Source of the DNA: a virus
Taxonomy: Duplodnaviria > Caudoviricetes
Reading direction: 5' to 3' (one strand)
Length of the DNA stretch: 26,622 nucleotides
Virus record (IMG/VR): IMGVR_UViG_3300009159_000266
Coordinates: 1-26,622 of that record
Position numbers and translations under genes: made by a program. Positions 9,401 through 21,900 of the stretch are shown in pieces. The notes beneath the pieces were generated by a model. That model had not been told where the DNA came from and made no database searches. It was given only the letters and a program-made list of their open reading frames with translations. Each line of letters opens with the position of its first letter. Position 1 is the first letter of the stretch.

Positions 9401-9980
9401 GTCGGACCAATTAAGAATTTCATATTCTGGAGTATTAAATCCATTAAAAGGACTATCAGATCAAATTATATATCATCCAGTAAAATATAAAATTTTATTT
9501 GGCAATCAAGCAGACGAAGAGTTTCAAGCTACATTTAAAATAGTTAAAAACGCTGCCACAAATGTAACTAATGCCGTAATTAAAACTAGAGTCATTAGAT
9601 CTATTAATGAATTTTTTGCATTAAATAATTTTGATTTTGGAGATACTTTTTATTTTACAGAATTGGCAGCATACATACACAACCAGCTGGCCCCAGATCT
9701 TCTTACGGTTGTAATAGTGCCAAATCAAACTGAACAAGTGTTTGGTTCATTATTCCAAATTAGCAGTCCTGCAGATGAAATTTTTATCAGTGGCGCAACT
9801 GTTGATAATGTTATGATAATTGATGCTATAGGTGCTAATCAATTAGTAGCTAGTGGTACAGTAGTAACCAGCACCACAGGCACAACAACTAGCAATAGAT
9901 CAAAATCAGCAGTATCTTCGACAACCACTTCAAAAAATGGATCAGGCTCCAATACAGGTAGCAGTGGAACGGGATACTAG
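6495..9980 (+). CDS. gp6: Baseplate wedge protein gp6-like (extended, 1161 aa)
   Basis: DFETLRRTMVAYL...DF.ESS...LIDLIAY...NARENFIETA.RRDSILRLARLINY N-terminus, IDLVFGDGNFANIP and ESDDSIRTKAP..Y.SQNRMITAEDY are gp6/baseplate-J hallmarks. Follows gp25. Confidence 0.9.
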   Translation: MATTDRQNRLLVAEDWRKIYTAFQQADFKSYDFETLRRTMVAYLRENYPDDFNDFVESSEYVALIDLIAYIAQSLSFRIDLNARENFIETASRRDSILRLARLINYNAKRNKPATGLLKLVSVRTTQNVTDSSGTNLSNSTVVWNDSTNANYREQIINILNAANVDGQRFGKPLELDNIGGIKTEIYTVNTTNVDVPMFQFTKNVSGITRNFEIVPASISNSESIYELSPIQGGGMTYVYRTDGAGDSSPNTGFFFLFKQGSLTSNTFSINQPTTNYVKSISVNNINNDDVWLYELDDFGQIEKLWTRVPDLVGNNTIYNSLSADVRDIYNVVTRNNDAIDLVFGDGNFANIPSGAFKSYYRISDNAKYSIQPADMQNIQFSMQYQDTNGSLQTLTFTVSLQQSVYNAASTESDDSIRTKAPQVYYSQNRMITAEDYNIVPLSASQEIIKVKAVNRSASGISRAKEIIDPTGAYSNVSTFADDGILYREESLPQFTFTFTNRNEILDVINRLIESKLNEAYSRQFYYIKYGTKNLSTLAASWISTTTGTNTNTGYFEAGGPLVVGDFATSNLKYAEPGALIKFTSPDTRKFLNGKLVTAGTDLGEDRKWCKISAVVGDGANSGEGNLESGVGPITLNDIVPQGAVLNAIFPKFVTIFDSALKTDLQDRIETYEEFGLRYDEENAEWKIISAANLDTDTIFSLDNAGDNTSSNQDASWWFKFTNDGNTYTVNYREMDYIFESKGDNKFHYDKTERIYDYISGKSVKDTVKILKSNTAPSTGSPIGYPINWQVVDTVEEADGYQDNRKIKVGFYDDDDDGVVDNPDIFDIVVDPNTNISTKFIFFEKYTSYDNIERYRPYASSNFIVNENESAIILPGTYENGQLFYFYADDENVIKKYNTESGLLETTTDYYARRGRGSIEFQYKHNAGQETRIDPSQTNIMDVYMLERSYDQLFRTWLSQGGDQPTPSTSDQLRISYSGVLNPLKGLSDQIIYHPVKYKILFGNQADEEFQATFKIVKNAATNVTNAVIKTRVIRSINEFFALNNFDFGDTFYFTELAAYIHNQLAPDLLTVVIVPNQTEQVFGSLFQISSPADEIFISGATVDNVMIIDAIGANQLVASGTVVTSTTGTTTSNRSKSAVSSTTTSKNGSGSNTGSSGTGY

Positions 9981-9982
9981 TC

Positions 9983-12900
9983 ATGGCAGATTCTCCGATC
10001 AACACAAAAACAAATTATGAAGAAATCACTGATGAAAATGGAGTGATATTAAGAAGATCGATAGCACATCTTCCTGCATTCTATAGAACCGATACAAATC
10101 ATAGATTTTTATCTAGCACATTAGATCAATTAATACAACCTGGTAGTTTAACAAGATTGGACGGATACATTGGAAGAACGTATGCATACACAAGAAATAA
10201 CACAGACAAATATATAATTTCTTCGAGTGAGGATAGAAATAATTATCAATTAGAACCCACTGTTACCTATACCGATAAGGATACTTCATCAATTAATCCA
10301 GAAGATCAGGTTAAATTTACAGCTACCTATGATGATTACATCAATCAGATTAAATTTTTTGGAGGTAATGTTGAAAACCATGACAGATTAAACAGAGAAG
10401 AATTATATAGTTGGAATCCGGCAATAGATTTTGACAAATTAATCAATTATAGAGAATATTATTGGTTGCCAGAGGGACCAAATTCAATATTAGTAACTAA
10501 TAATGGTCCCAATTCAGTAACTGAAATAAAAGTAGATCATGTAGGACAAACAGCATATATTTTTAGCACACACGAAGAAAACAATAATCCCACAATGACT
10601 TTATATAGAGGTAATACTTATAAATTTATTTTAGACGCACCAGGTCATCCTTTCTACATCATGACGGAACCTTTTAAAACAGGATTGGCCGAAGACGATA
10701 CTACTTCCGTAATTTATACTTCTGGAATCACCGGCAACGGAACAGAAAAAGGAACGTTAATCTTTACGGTGCCATCAGATGCTCCAAAAATATTGTATTA
10801 TCAATGCGGAAACCACCAAGCAATGCATGGTATATTAACAATCAAAACTATTTCTACAACTACCAACATAGATGTCCTACATGAAATTGTTGGAACAAAA
10901 AATTATACCTTATCCACAGGAACCAAACTAAGCAACGGAATGAAATTAAAATTTGTAAAAAATGTAGTAGATTCTGCTTACAGCGAAAAAGAATTTTATG
11001 TGGAAGGAGTAGGAGATTCAATCACTTTAACAGATACAGCAACATTAATAACTCCAGAATCTTATGCAACAGAGACTACAGAGTTATACGATACAATTGT
11101 TTATGACACACGTCCCTATGCTATCAGCTTCTATAGACCAGAGACACCAGACTACATCACAATAAAGAGAGATAGTCTAGACGGAAATGCATGGAGTCGA
11201 TACAACCGATGGTTTCACAGATCGGTAATAGAAGCCACAGCAGAAGCCATTGGAGGATATACTCCAAATTTACTAGAATCGGACCGAGCAAAAAGACCCA
11301 TAATAGAATTTGATTCTGGATTAGGATTATATGATCACGGAACAACAGTAAAAAAATCAGTGGCATTAGTGGATACTGTTACCACAGATGCTTTTTCAGA
11401 CATAGTGAAAAAAACAGGATATATCATTGATGGTATCCCTGTAGCCAATGGTATGAGAATATTATTAACAAATGATAGAGATCCTTTGGTTAATAACAAA
11501 ATATACAAAGTAAGTTTTGTAACTATAGTAGGAGAATCCGTTACAACATTACAATTAACGCCAGACAATGAAGTAACACCGCTAGATGGAGAAACAGTAT
11601 TTGTTGAACTTGGAGTGGAAAATCAAGGAAAAACTTTTTATTACAGTGCTGTCGAAGGAACATGGATAACAGGGCAATTAAAAACTAAACTAAACCAACA
11701 ACCACTGTTCAATCTATATGATGACAATCTTGTGCCATTACATGAACCGGCAACTTATCCTAATTCTACATTTCATGGATCAACTGTTTTTTCTTATAAA
11801 ATTTCTGATTCTGCACCAACCGACACAGTGCTAGGATTGAAGGTAAAATATAGCACAATTAACAATGTTGGTAACATGTTATTCTCAACAGACATATCAT
11901 CTGGATCTTTTAGTTATAAAAGTGGAGAACAATTTATTTCTAAAAATTTTGCTACAGCACAAGTAGCATATAATAAAAAAAATGGAACAAAAGAATTTAA
12001 AACATCATGGATAAAAAGAAAAGAGCAAAGTAAACAACGAGTTATTAAAACCTTTCTTGTTACTGCCGACGAATTAAGAAGATTTCCCATAGATGTTTAT
12101 GCCAATAGTGCGAGTTTAAACGATTTAGAAATTACTGTAGATGTTAATCATCATACACAAAACTTAGATATAGATTATGAATTAGTTAATGGAGCTACAA
12201 ACAAATATGTGAAATTCACTTATGATCTTGCAGTCGACGATTTAGTAAAAATACAATGTTACAGTTCAGTTAATAAAATTAAAGGAAAAGGTTTATATCA
12301 AATACCAGAAAATCTTTCAATAAATCCATTCAATGAACAGATTTCAGAATTTACTTTTGGACAGGTATTAAATCATGTCCACGATATTAATGAAAAAAAT
12401 ACAGATCTAGTCGGAGATACTCCAGGAAATAGTAATTTAAGAGATCTTCCTGATGTTAGATTACAGGGAGGCACAATACTACAACACTCTGCTCCTTTGG
12501 CACAAGGAATATTTTGTTTAATAGATCAAAATAGCAATGCTATCAGCGCCATTGAATATTGCAATTTAGAATATCAAAAATTTAAAGAAAATTTTTTAAC
12601 ATATTCAACAAACTCATCATATGAAGGAACAATTGCTGATAAGGTAGATTCCGTAATTAAAAACATAGCCAGTGATAGAGATAATAGTTTTCCATTTTTT
12701 TATGAAGATATGATAGGATATGGCGAAAAAGCCACTGTTAGAAATTACACAGTTCAAGATAGTTCAGAAACGCAATACGCTATTGATTCTCAATTTAATA
12801 CTACAAAAACTAGTAATAGAGCAGTTTACGTTTATCTAAATGATACACAATTAATACAGGGGTATGATTATACGTTTAGTGATATCGACGATAGCGTGAA

Positions 12901-15900
12901 CATTATAACTGACTTGTCCGAGGGTGATGAAATAATAATCAAAGACTATGATAATACCGCGGGTAGTTTTGTTCCTCCCACACCTACTAAATTGGGAATA
13001 TACCCTAAATTTAAACCAGAAAAAATTATTGATAATACCTATCTAACTCCCACAGAAATAATTGTGGGACACGATGGAAGTAAAACTGTAGCTTATGGAG
13101 ATTATAGAGATGATTTTTTATTAGAATTAGAAAAAAGAATTTATAACAATTGCAAAACTTCTTATGATCCAACATTATTAAGTGAAAACGAAGTTAAACC
13201 ATCGGCATTTATTAATGGAGAATACACGTTAGCAGAAATTAACAATATTTTAAGTTATGATTTTTATTCATGGGCAGGCAGAAACGGAATAGATTATCAA
13301 AATAATAACAATTATGATGAATCAGATGCATTTACTTTTAATTACAGTAGCAATAAAGATGTATTAAATGAAGAATATCTACCAGGACACTGGAGAGGCA
13401 TATACAATTATTTCTATGACACAGATCGACCTCACACTCATCCATGGGAAATGTTAGGCTATAGTGAAAAACCCACTTGGTGGGAAGATACCTATGGACC
13501 AGGACCGTATAGCTCGGGTAACGAGTTGTTATGGAACGATCTTGCAGCAGGTTTTGATCACGGAACAAACGAAACCATTGAAAGATATATAAGATCTGAT
13601 CTTTTAAATTATTTGCCCGTAGATGAAAATGGAAATCTTTTATCACCAATAGAAATAGGATTAATTGATCAATATAATCAACAAGGCACTAATAAAACTT
13701 GGAAGTTTGGAGATCATTCACCTGCTGAAACAGCATGGAGAAGAAGTTCTCAATATCCCTTTTCTGTAATAAAATTATTAGCATTAACGAGACCAGCAAA
13801 GTTTTTTGGATTATTTTTAGATAATAGTAGATTATCTAATAATCTAGCTGGAAATGTTATAGATAAAGACACAGGAGTAGCTCAATCATTAAAAGAAGCA
13901 AAATATCATTTAGAAATAGTTACTGATTCTGCAACAGGAGCAGAGACACGTTATACAACAGCAGGGTTTCAACCATTTATAGTTAATCATCTTATAAAAA
14001 ATAATTTAGATCCTGCAGTATTTTTCTATGACAAAATGAAAAATCTTAACGTACAATTAGCATACAAACTAGGAGGATTCACCGATAAACAAAATTTAAA
14101 AGTTTTAACAGATAGCGTAAGTCCAGGATCAACAGCAGGATCTCAATTTATACCTGATGAAAATTATAAAATTTTATTTAGATCTAGTAATCCTATTAAA
14201 ACATTTGAATATTCCGGAGTATTAATAGAACTTAATAGTAGTACAAAGAACGATGGAAGTACATTAGAAGGAGGATACAAAGTAATTGGTTACAACACAA
14301 TCAAACCATATTTTAAAATATTCGAGCCGTTCAAAAACAGTAGCAATTATGCAATTGAAGCGGGCAATGCGAGAGCTATAGTTTATAAAGATTGGAAAAA
14401 AATAGAAAAAATAATTACCTATGGTACTGTATTCAAAGACATACAATCGGTTATAGATTTTTTAATTGGATATGGAAAATATTTAGAATCTCAAGGATTT
14501 GTTTTTGACAGATTTAGTAATGAATTACAAGAAACAACAAATTGGGAAATGTCGGCAAAAGAATTCCTATACTGGACCAGACAAGGCTGGGCACCGGGTT
14601 CTGCAATTACACTGAGTCCAGCAGCAGAAGGATTTAGTTTAAAAACAGTAGACAGTGTTGTAGGAAGATTACAAAATTTACAAGGCGAATATACGGTGTT
14701 GGATTCTAGTGGAAAAACGATCGATAGCCAATTGATCAGTACCAAGAGAGTAGGAACAATATTTGAAATGGTTAGTAAAAATCTCGAGATTGGAATTTAT
14801 AATGTTACTATGAACGCCATACAAAAAGAACACATTCTTTTGTTTGATAATATAACTGTGTTCTCTGATATCATATTTCAATTAGCTACAGGATTTAGAC
14901 AACAAAGACTTAAATTAATTGGTTGGAAAACCGGAGACTGGAATGGAGATTATTATTCTCCTGGATTTATATTTGACGAAGCAAAAATTAACATATGGAC
15001 AGCAAATACAGATTATCAAATTGGTAATACTGTAGAATATAATGCCAAATTCTACGTAGCAAAAGTTAATCATAATTCGGGAAATACATTTAATGCTGAA
15101 TATTGGCAAAATAAAAATAATAAACCAGCAGCACAGTTAATACCTAATTTTGATTATAAAATTTCACAATTTAATGATTTTTATAATTTAGAGAGTAATA
15201 ACTTTGACGAAGGACAACAAAAGTTAGCTCAACATTTAATAGGATATCAATCAAGAGATTATTTAGAAAACTTATTTGTAAACGATGTTTCCCAGTATAA
15301 ATTTTATCAAGGTTTTATTAGAGAGAAAGGCACACAAAATGCAATAGACAAATTGCTGAAAGCCAAATTTTTAGATGAAAATATTAATTTAAGCATTTAT
15401 CCAGACTGGATGATAAAAACAGGAGAGTTTGGTAATGTTGAAGGAAGAAATGCTGTGCAAATTAGAATGTCTAATGATACTTTTACAAACAACGTACAGA
15501 GTATAGAATTAATAGATAATCCCGTTGATGAAATAAGCTGGACGAAATCTGTTACTGTATTAAAAGAAGAGATATATCAACGCCCGTTGGAATACACTGC
15601 AGCAGAAACTTTTTTAAAATATGATTACACAGAGGAAGGCGTTGACAGAGACACAGTTCAAAAATTTAAAACAGCAGGATATCCTAGATTGTCGGATGTG
15701 CAACACACAGCATTTAATGAAGAAGAACTGTTAAATCTTGATATAAATCAAGTAGAAAAAGACGAGCTTGTGTGGATAGCAAAAAAGACCAATCACGAGT
15801 GGGACGTGAGAAGATTAACGTTTACAGGATTAAAAATTATTTCAATATCAGCTATAAACAATGTTGGAAGGATATTAATTAATTTATCTAGAGTGCATTC

Positions 15901-18900
15901 TTTATCAACAGGAGATTATATTGCAATATCAAACAGTCAATTTAGTAATTTAAATGGTGTTTATAAAATATTTTCAACGCCTTCGAATACAAGTTTTATT
16001 ATTTCTTTTACTCAAATCAATACAATAACACGTAGCGGAATATCTGTGGACGGCTCAACACAAGATAGCTATGGTAACGTTTATAATTTTATCAGTGTAA
16101 GATTAGATTCCATGGATAATGTCAATGATTTAATTTCTTATAATGATTATAGAGAAAAAGACGAACCAAACAAAATACCAGGAGATAAAGTATTTGCAGA
16201 TAATTTAGGAAATAAATGGAAAATTTATGAAAAGACTAATCCTTATGAAAACACATTATTGCCATCGCCAGATTCTGATAATAATCAAGAATTTGGTTAC
16301 AAAATTGTGAGTCGAAATGATGGAAAATTTTTAGCAATTTCGGCTCCAGGCATGGAACAAGGTACTATACATTTTTTCTATAGAGCAGAAAATTCTCCAG
16401 TAGTACCATTTAACATAGTGAGCAGTGCAACCATGACCGATAACAACGATAATACTTCTAGACTAGGTGAAAGTTTGGCCATCAGCACAGACGAAAATCT
16501 TATTGTTGCCGGAGCACCGTATGCTAATACTATATCACCCGATGGCAGCACCAGACACGAGAATGCGGGATTAATTAAAACCTATATCTGGAATAATGCT
16601 ACCAAAAATTATGACTCATTAAACTCAATTATACCGCCATCAGATGACAGCTCTTTATTAATGAATTTAAATTTTGGATGGTCTGTTGCTGCGTCAGAAC
16701 CAACATTAAACAGTACTAAAAATACTGCACCAAAATATCTCTTTGTTGGTGCTCCGGGATATAACAATAACAGTGGCATAGTCTATGTATATGCATGGGC
16801 AATAGGAGAAGATGGTAGTACATATGGAGGATGGACGCAGGATTCTTCAATACAAAGCAACGATTCAGGAACAGGTAAAAGATTTGGTCACAGGATTGCA
16901 GCAAATGACAACGGAGATATATTAGCAATCAGTTCAATAAGTACAGGAACAGCAGGAAAAGTAGAAATATTTACTAGTAATCATCAATATAATGATGGCA
17001 GCACCACATTAACATTTGTACATAGACAAACATTATATGGCACCAGCGTTGATGGCAGCTCACTTAACACTAATTTTGGAGAAAGTATTGCAATGAGCAA
17101 AGACGGAGAGACATTAATCATTTCTTCTCCTGGAGCAGATAATGTTGAACAAGACGATGCAGGAGCAGTATATTATTACAAATGGAACGCAGATGCATCT
17201 ACAAACACTTATACTTTACAACAAACAATACTAGCACCCGAATCAGACACTAATATGAGATTTGGATCATCTATCAGCATCAATCAAGAGGCAAATAGGT
17301 TAGTAATAGGAGCAGAAAAATTTTCTAATAAAAGAATTATAAGATTTGATAATGGAGCAACCACATTCGATTTACAGGATACTCATATAGTAGACCTTAA
17401 CATAGGATCAGGCGGAGTTTTTACTGCTACAAAATATAATACAAAATTTGTTATTGATCAAAAATTAGTGACCAGCAGAGTTAGCACCAACGATAATTTT
17501 GGAAAAGGTGTTTGTGTGATAGACACAACTGTGTTAGTAGGAGCTCCCGGAGATTCCATCCTACAAAACGACGGATCAACGGTTGGAATAGATAACGGAA
17601 CAGTAACAGTATTTGATCTTAAAATTCCAAACAAATATGCTTGGCAAGAACAGGTAACTGAAGAGGAGTTAATTGATAAAGACAACATAGAATCAGCATT
17701 TATATTTGATACTGCTAAAAATCAAATAACCGATTACTTAGATTATTATGATCCAGTCAAAGGTAGAATTTTAGGAATAGCAGATAGAGAAATCAATTAT
17801 AAAACAGAATGGGATCCAGCAGTATACAACATAGGAATCTCAGGAAAAACGATCAGCGCAAACACAGCATGGGGAGAAGAACATGTAGGAGAAGTTTGGT
17901 GGAACATGAGTCAAGTAAGATGGTTGTGGTATGAACAAAACGGACAAGAATATAAAACTAAAAATTGGGGTAAGTTATTCCCAGGATCAACAGTAGAAAT
18001 TTATGAATGGATAGAATCTACATACTTGCCATCAGAGTGGCAGTTGAGAGCCGATACAGTTGACGGATTATCTAAGAGAATATCTGGAACACCTCTGCAC
18101 CCAAATAACACTGTTCTCACAGTTAAACAAAAATACGATTCTAGAGCTAACGGATTCGTAAATTATTATTATTATTGGATTAAAAATTCTGTTTTCTTGC
18201 CACCAGAAAATAAAACTGTTACAATAAGAAAGAACACCACAGCATATATTGCAAATATTATAACAAACCCTCTAGCTAGCGGCATAAAGTATTTTACTAT
18301 ATCGGAAAAAAATTCAATTATAACATTTAATGTTAAGGATAGTTTGGTTAATGGAAATACGGTTTTAAATGTTACATATAGAAAAAACAAAAATGAATCA
18401 GATATACATGCTGTATGGAAAATTTTTAAAGAAGGAGACAAAGACGATCGTCCTAATGAAAGAACAGAGAAAAAGTGGTGGGATAGTTTAATTGGAAAAG
18501 ACGATTTAGGAAACGAAGTACCAGACATAACATTGCCATTGAATCAAAGATATGGTAATAATATTAGACCAAGACAGAGCTGGTACGTGGATAGATTTGC
18601 TGCTCTAAAACAGATAATAGATTATAGCAATATTATATTGAAAAAAAATCAATTGGCCAATAATATCAATTATATAAATTTAAATTCAGCAGACCCAGAA
18701 CCCACACAATCATCTGGAGAATGGGATATTATCGTGGACACGTATTCAGATCTAACTTATGTCAATACTAGAGATATTAGTGGAACACTTAATGCACTTG
18801 TAAGAGCAGACGAAGAGAATAGTAATGGTTATTGGGCAATATATAACTGGTCAGGCACAGAATGGAATAGGTTTAAAGTACAAACTTACAAAACAAACAA

Positions 18901-21900
18901 TTATTATAGCTTAATTGATTGGTATGTTGACGGAGTAGACTCAAATGTATTAATTGATAAGCAGTTAACTTATCAATATGAGCTAGATACCTTAACGGAC
19001 ATAGAATTAGAAAAATATGTTAAAGTTTTAACGGCCGACACAGGAGGTTGGAAAATATTTCAAAAAACCTCAGATGGATTTAAAAATGTAGCTACACAAA
19101 ATGGTACTATACAATTATCCACAGCAATCTATAATTATGAAATTAATAATTCTGGATTTGAGGGAGGCAATACTTTTGACAATGGTTTCTTTGATCAGCA
19201 ACCTTCTATAGAGACTAAAAAAATATTAACAGCATTGAGAGATGATATTTTTGTAGGAGATTTAAAAATAGAATACAACAACATATTCTTTATTGGATTG
19301 AGAAGAGTTCTTGAAGAACAGCTATATGTTGATTGGTTATTTAAAACATCATTTATAAATGTAACCAACAGTTTAAGACCTTTAGATCAACGAAAAACAT
19401 ACAAAGTTGGCACAGATGATTATGTAGAAAGTTATATTAATGAGGTTAAACCTTTCCATACTAAAATAAGAGAATACAAATTAGGTTACACAGGACTAGA
19501 TAACGAGGACGGGATTTATACAGACTTTGATTTGCCAGCATTTTATGATGGAACAAAAATTAGAAATGTGAACACAACAACAGACATAGCTGTAATGTCC
19601 ACATATCCATATCGTTTCTGGAAAGACAACTACAAAAAATATGTGTCTAGCATCACTGTTACCAATGGAGGTAGTGGTTATATAACAGAACCCACGGTTA
19701 AATTGGTTGGGGGAACAACAACAACAGTAGGACCTTTTGCAGCATTGGGTAGAAGTAATAGAGGAACAACATCTGGACAATCAGGATATTTTTATCCATT
19801 ATACACTGCAGCTGCCGATGCTGAATTAGCAGACAGTCAAGCCGGAGGATCTGGCATTAGTGAATTATTCACATTTGATGAGTATGAAGATGTAGAATTT
19901 TATATGCCATTAACAGGACAAAACACATCAATATCTGATAGACCCGCAGATTACACTATCTATACATTGTCAGACACTACACAAGCCACGGCTAAAGCTA
20001 TTATTAAAAATGGATCTGTGAGTAAAATTATAGTCTTAACATCTGGATCTAATTACACAGCAACACCCAGAGTCGTACTAATCGGAGGAGGCACCAATAG
20101 AATCACACCAACGGATACTGCCAGAGCCTATGCTAATTTGCAAAATGACCTGGTTAGAGATATATCAACAACAATTAAATTTGATAGAGTTAAAAGTACT
20201 GCAACCGTGTTAGAATGGACAGCCAATACAACATATGCTTATAATGATTTAATTAGACACGATACCCAATTCTATAAAGTTTTGGTAGGATTTACCAGCA
20301 CAGAAAATTTTGATGATGGATTAGATAATCTACAAAAACTAAGAGGAGATGAACCATATATCACAGCAGCAGAACGAACATTAGGATTATATGCTCCCGA
20401 AGCAGGGATGCCAGGCAACGAACTCTCTCAACTAATGACCGGGGTAGATTATGGTGGAGTAATGGTGACGGGACTAGCATTCAATAGTAGCCAAGGATGG
20501 GATCGATCATTATGGTATGAATCTCCGTGGGATAATTATGGTCTAAGCAGAGTCAAAACATTTTATGGAGACGGAAGCAGTGTTAATTTTACTTTTTCAA
20601 CAGCTCCTTTAGCAACAGATGTTTATACAGTTTATGTAAATGGTATAAGACAAATATCTTTAGTTTTTAGAGGAGATGGATCTACCAAAACATTCACAGT
20701 TGTACCAGAGGATAGTTCGGTAGTGGGTAATGGTGATAAGATAGAATTTATACCATTTGATGATGACGGGGTGCTGACTCCCACAGATGATCGTACACTC
20801 GATACATTAATTAGTGGAGGTCTTTTTGGATCAGCAGTGGGGATATCGCCAAATGATATCATACTAGAAGGAGATGGGTTCGTAACACCAGAAACCAGCT
20901 ACGCTCCAGAAGAGAATGTGCCAGGATCCATGTTTGACACCGTGGATATCAAAGTTTACACCTCTCCAGAATCCGGAGTGCCATTTATTATAAACAAAAA
21001 TTATATTGGAGATGGTAATACAAGAGTTTTCAGTATTGGTCAAACACCAGGTACACAAGCATCTGTTATAGTCACGCAAGATGGAGTTACATTACAATCG
21101 GAAGATGTAGGAGACAGTTCAAATGCTACACACATTGTAGATATAAAAAATCAAACAATAACATTTTTTGCACATGTTGTGCCACCAGTAGGAAGCAAAA
21201 TATCTATTAAAAGTTTTTCAATATCAGGCAGCAACTACATGGTCCTGGACACATTCACAGGGGATGGATCTACAGCATCATTCACAACATCAGCAAGAGA
21301 ATCATTCCAGTTAGACAGTGCAGCAAGTCAGTTATATGTCACGGTAGATGGCGTGCCAGCAACTTATGGGTTTAATTCAAATTCATATCCTAATTCATAT
21401 GTGTTTGCCTACAATTATAATGTTAATGGCAAATTAATTACTGTTAATTTTTTAAGTCCCGATGGTTCGTCATATCAATCAGTGCCTAATGGAAAATCCA
21501 TTCAGATAGCAGCATTCAATCAAGCCAGTGTCAGTGGTAGAGCCTACGCAGAAATTAGATCCCAACAGATCAGTTATGATGGCAGCACCAACAGATACAC
21601 CCTAACATATCCTCCAGGAGCGATAGGCCCATTCTCTGGATTAACTCTATTAGAATTAAATGGCAAAATATTAAGAGGACCGGACAACACTTACTATGCT
21701 GGCGATGGCAGCACCACAAGTTATAATTTAGGCACAGACCCTGCCAACACCGTAACCACAGCCGACCAAGTCGAAGTGTATGTGAATGGTTCTAAAAAAT
21801 ATCTGTTCACAGATTACACAGTGAACACCGGCACACAAAAAGTAGAGTTTGCGTCAGCACCAAGTGCTTTAGATGTCATTGCCGTATCGGTGTTATTGGA

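Noticed and set aside
249-9980. Bacterial contractile injection system (T6SS, eCIS or tailocin) instead of a phage
   Set aside because: The gp55-like sigma factor, T4 late promoters, giant wedge protein and fibre genes point to a T4-related phage. No T6SS membrane-complex or eCIS ATPase genes are in the window.
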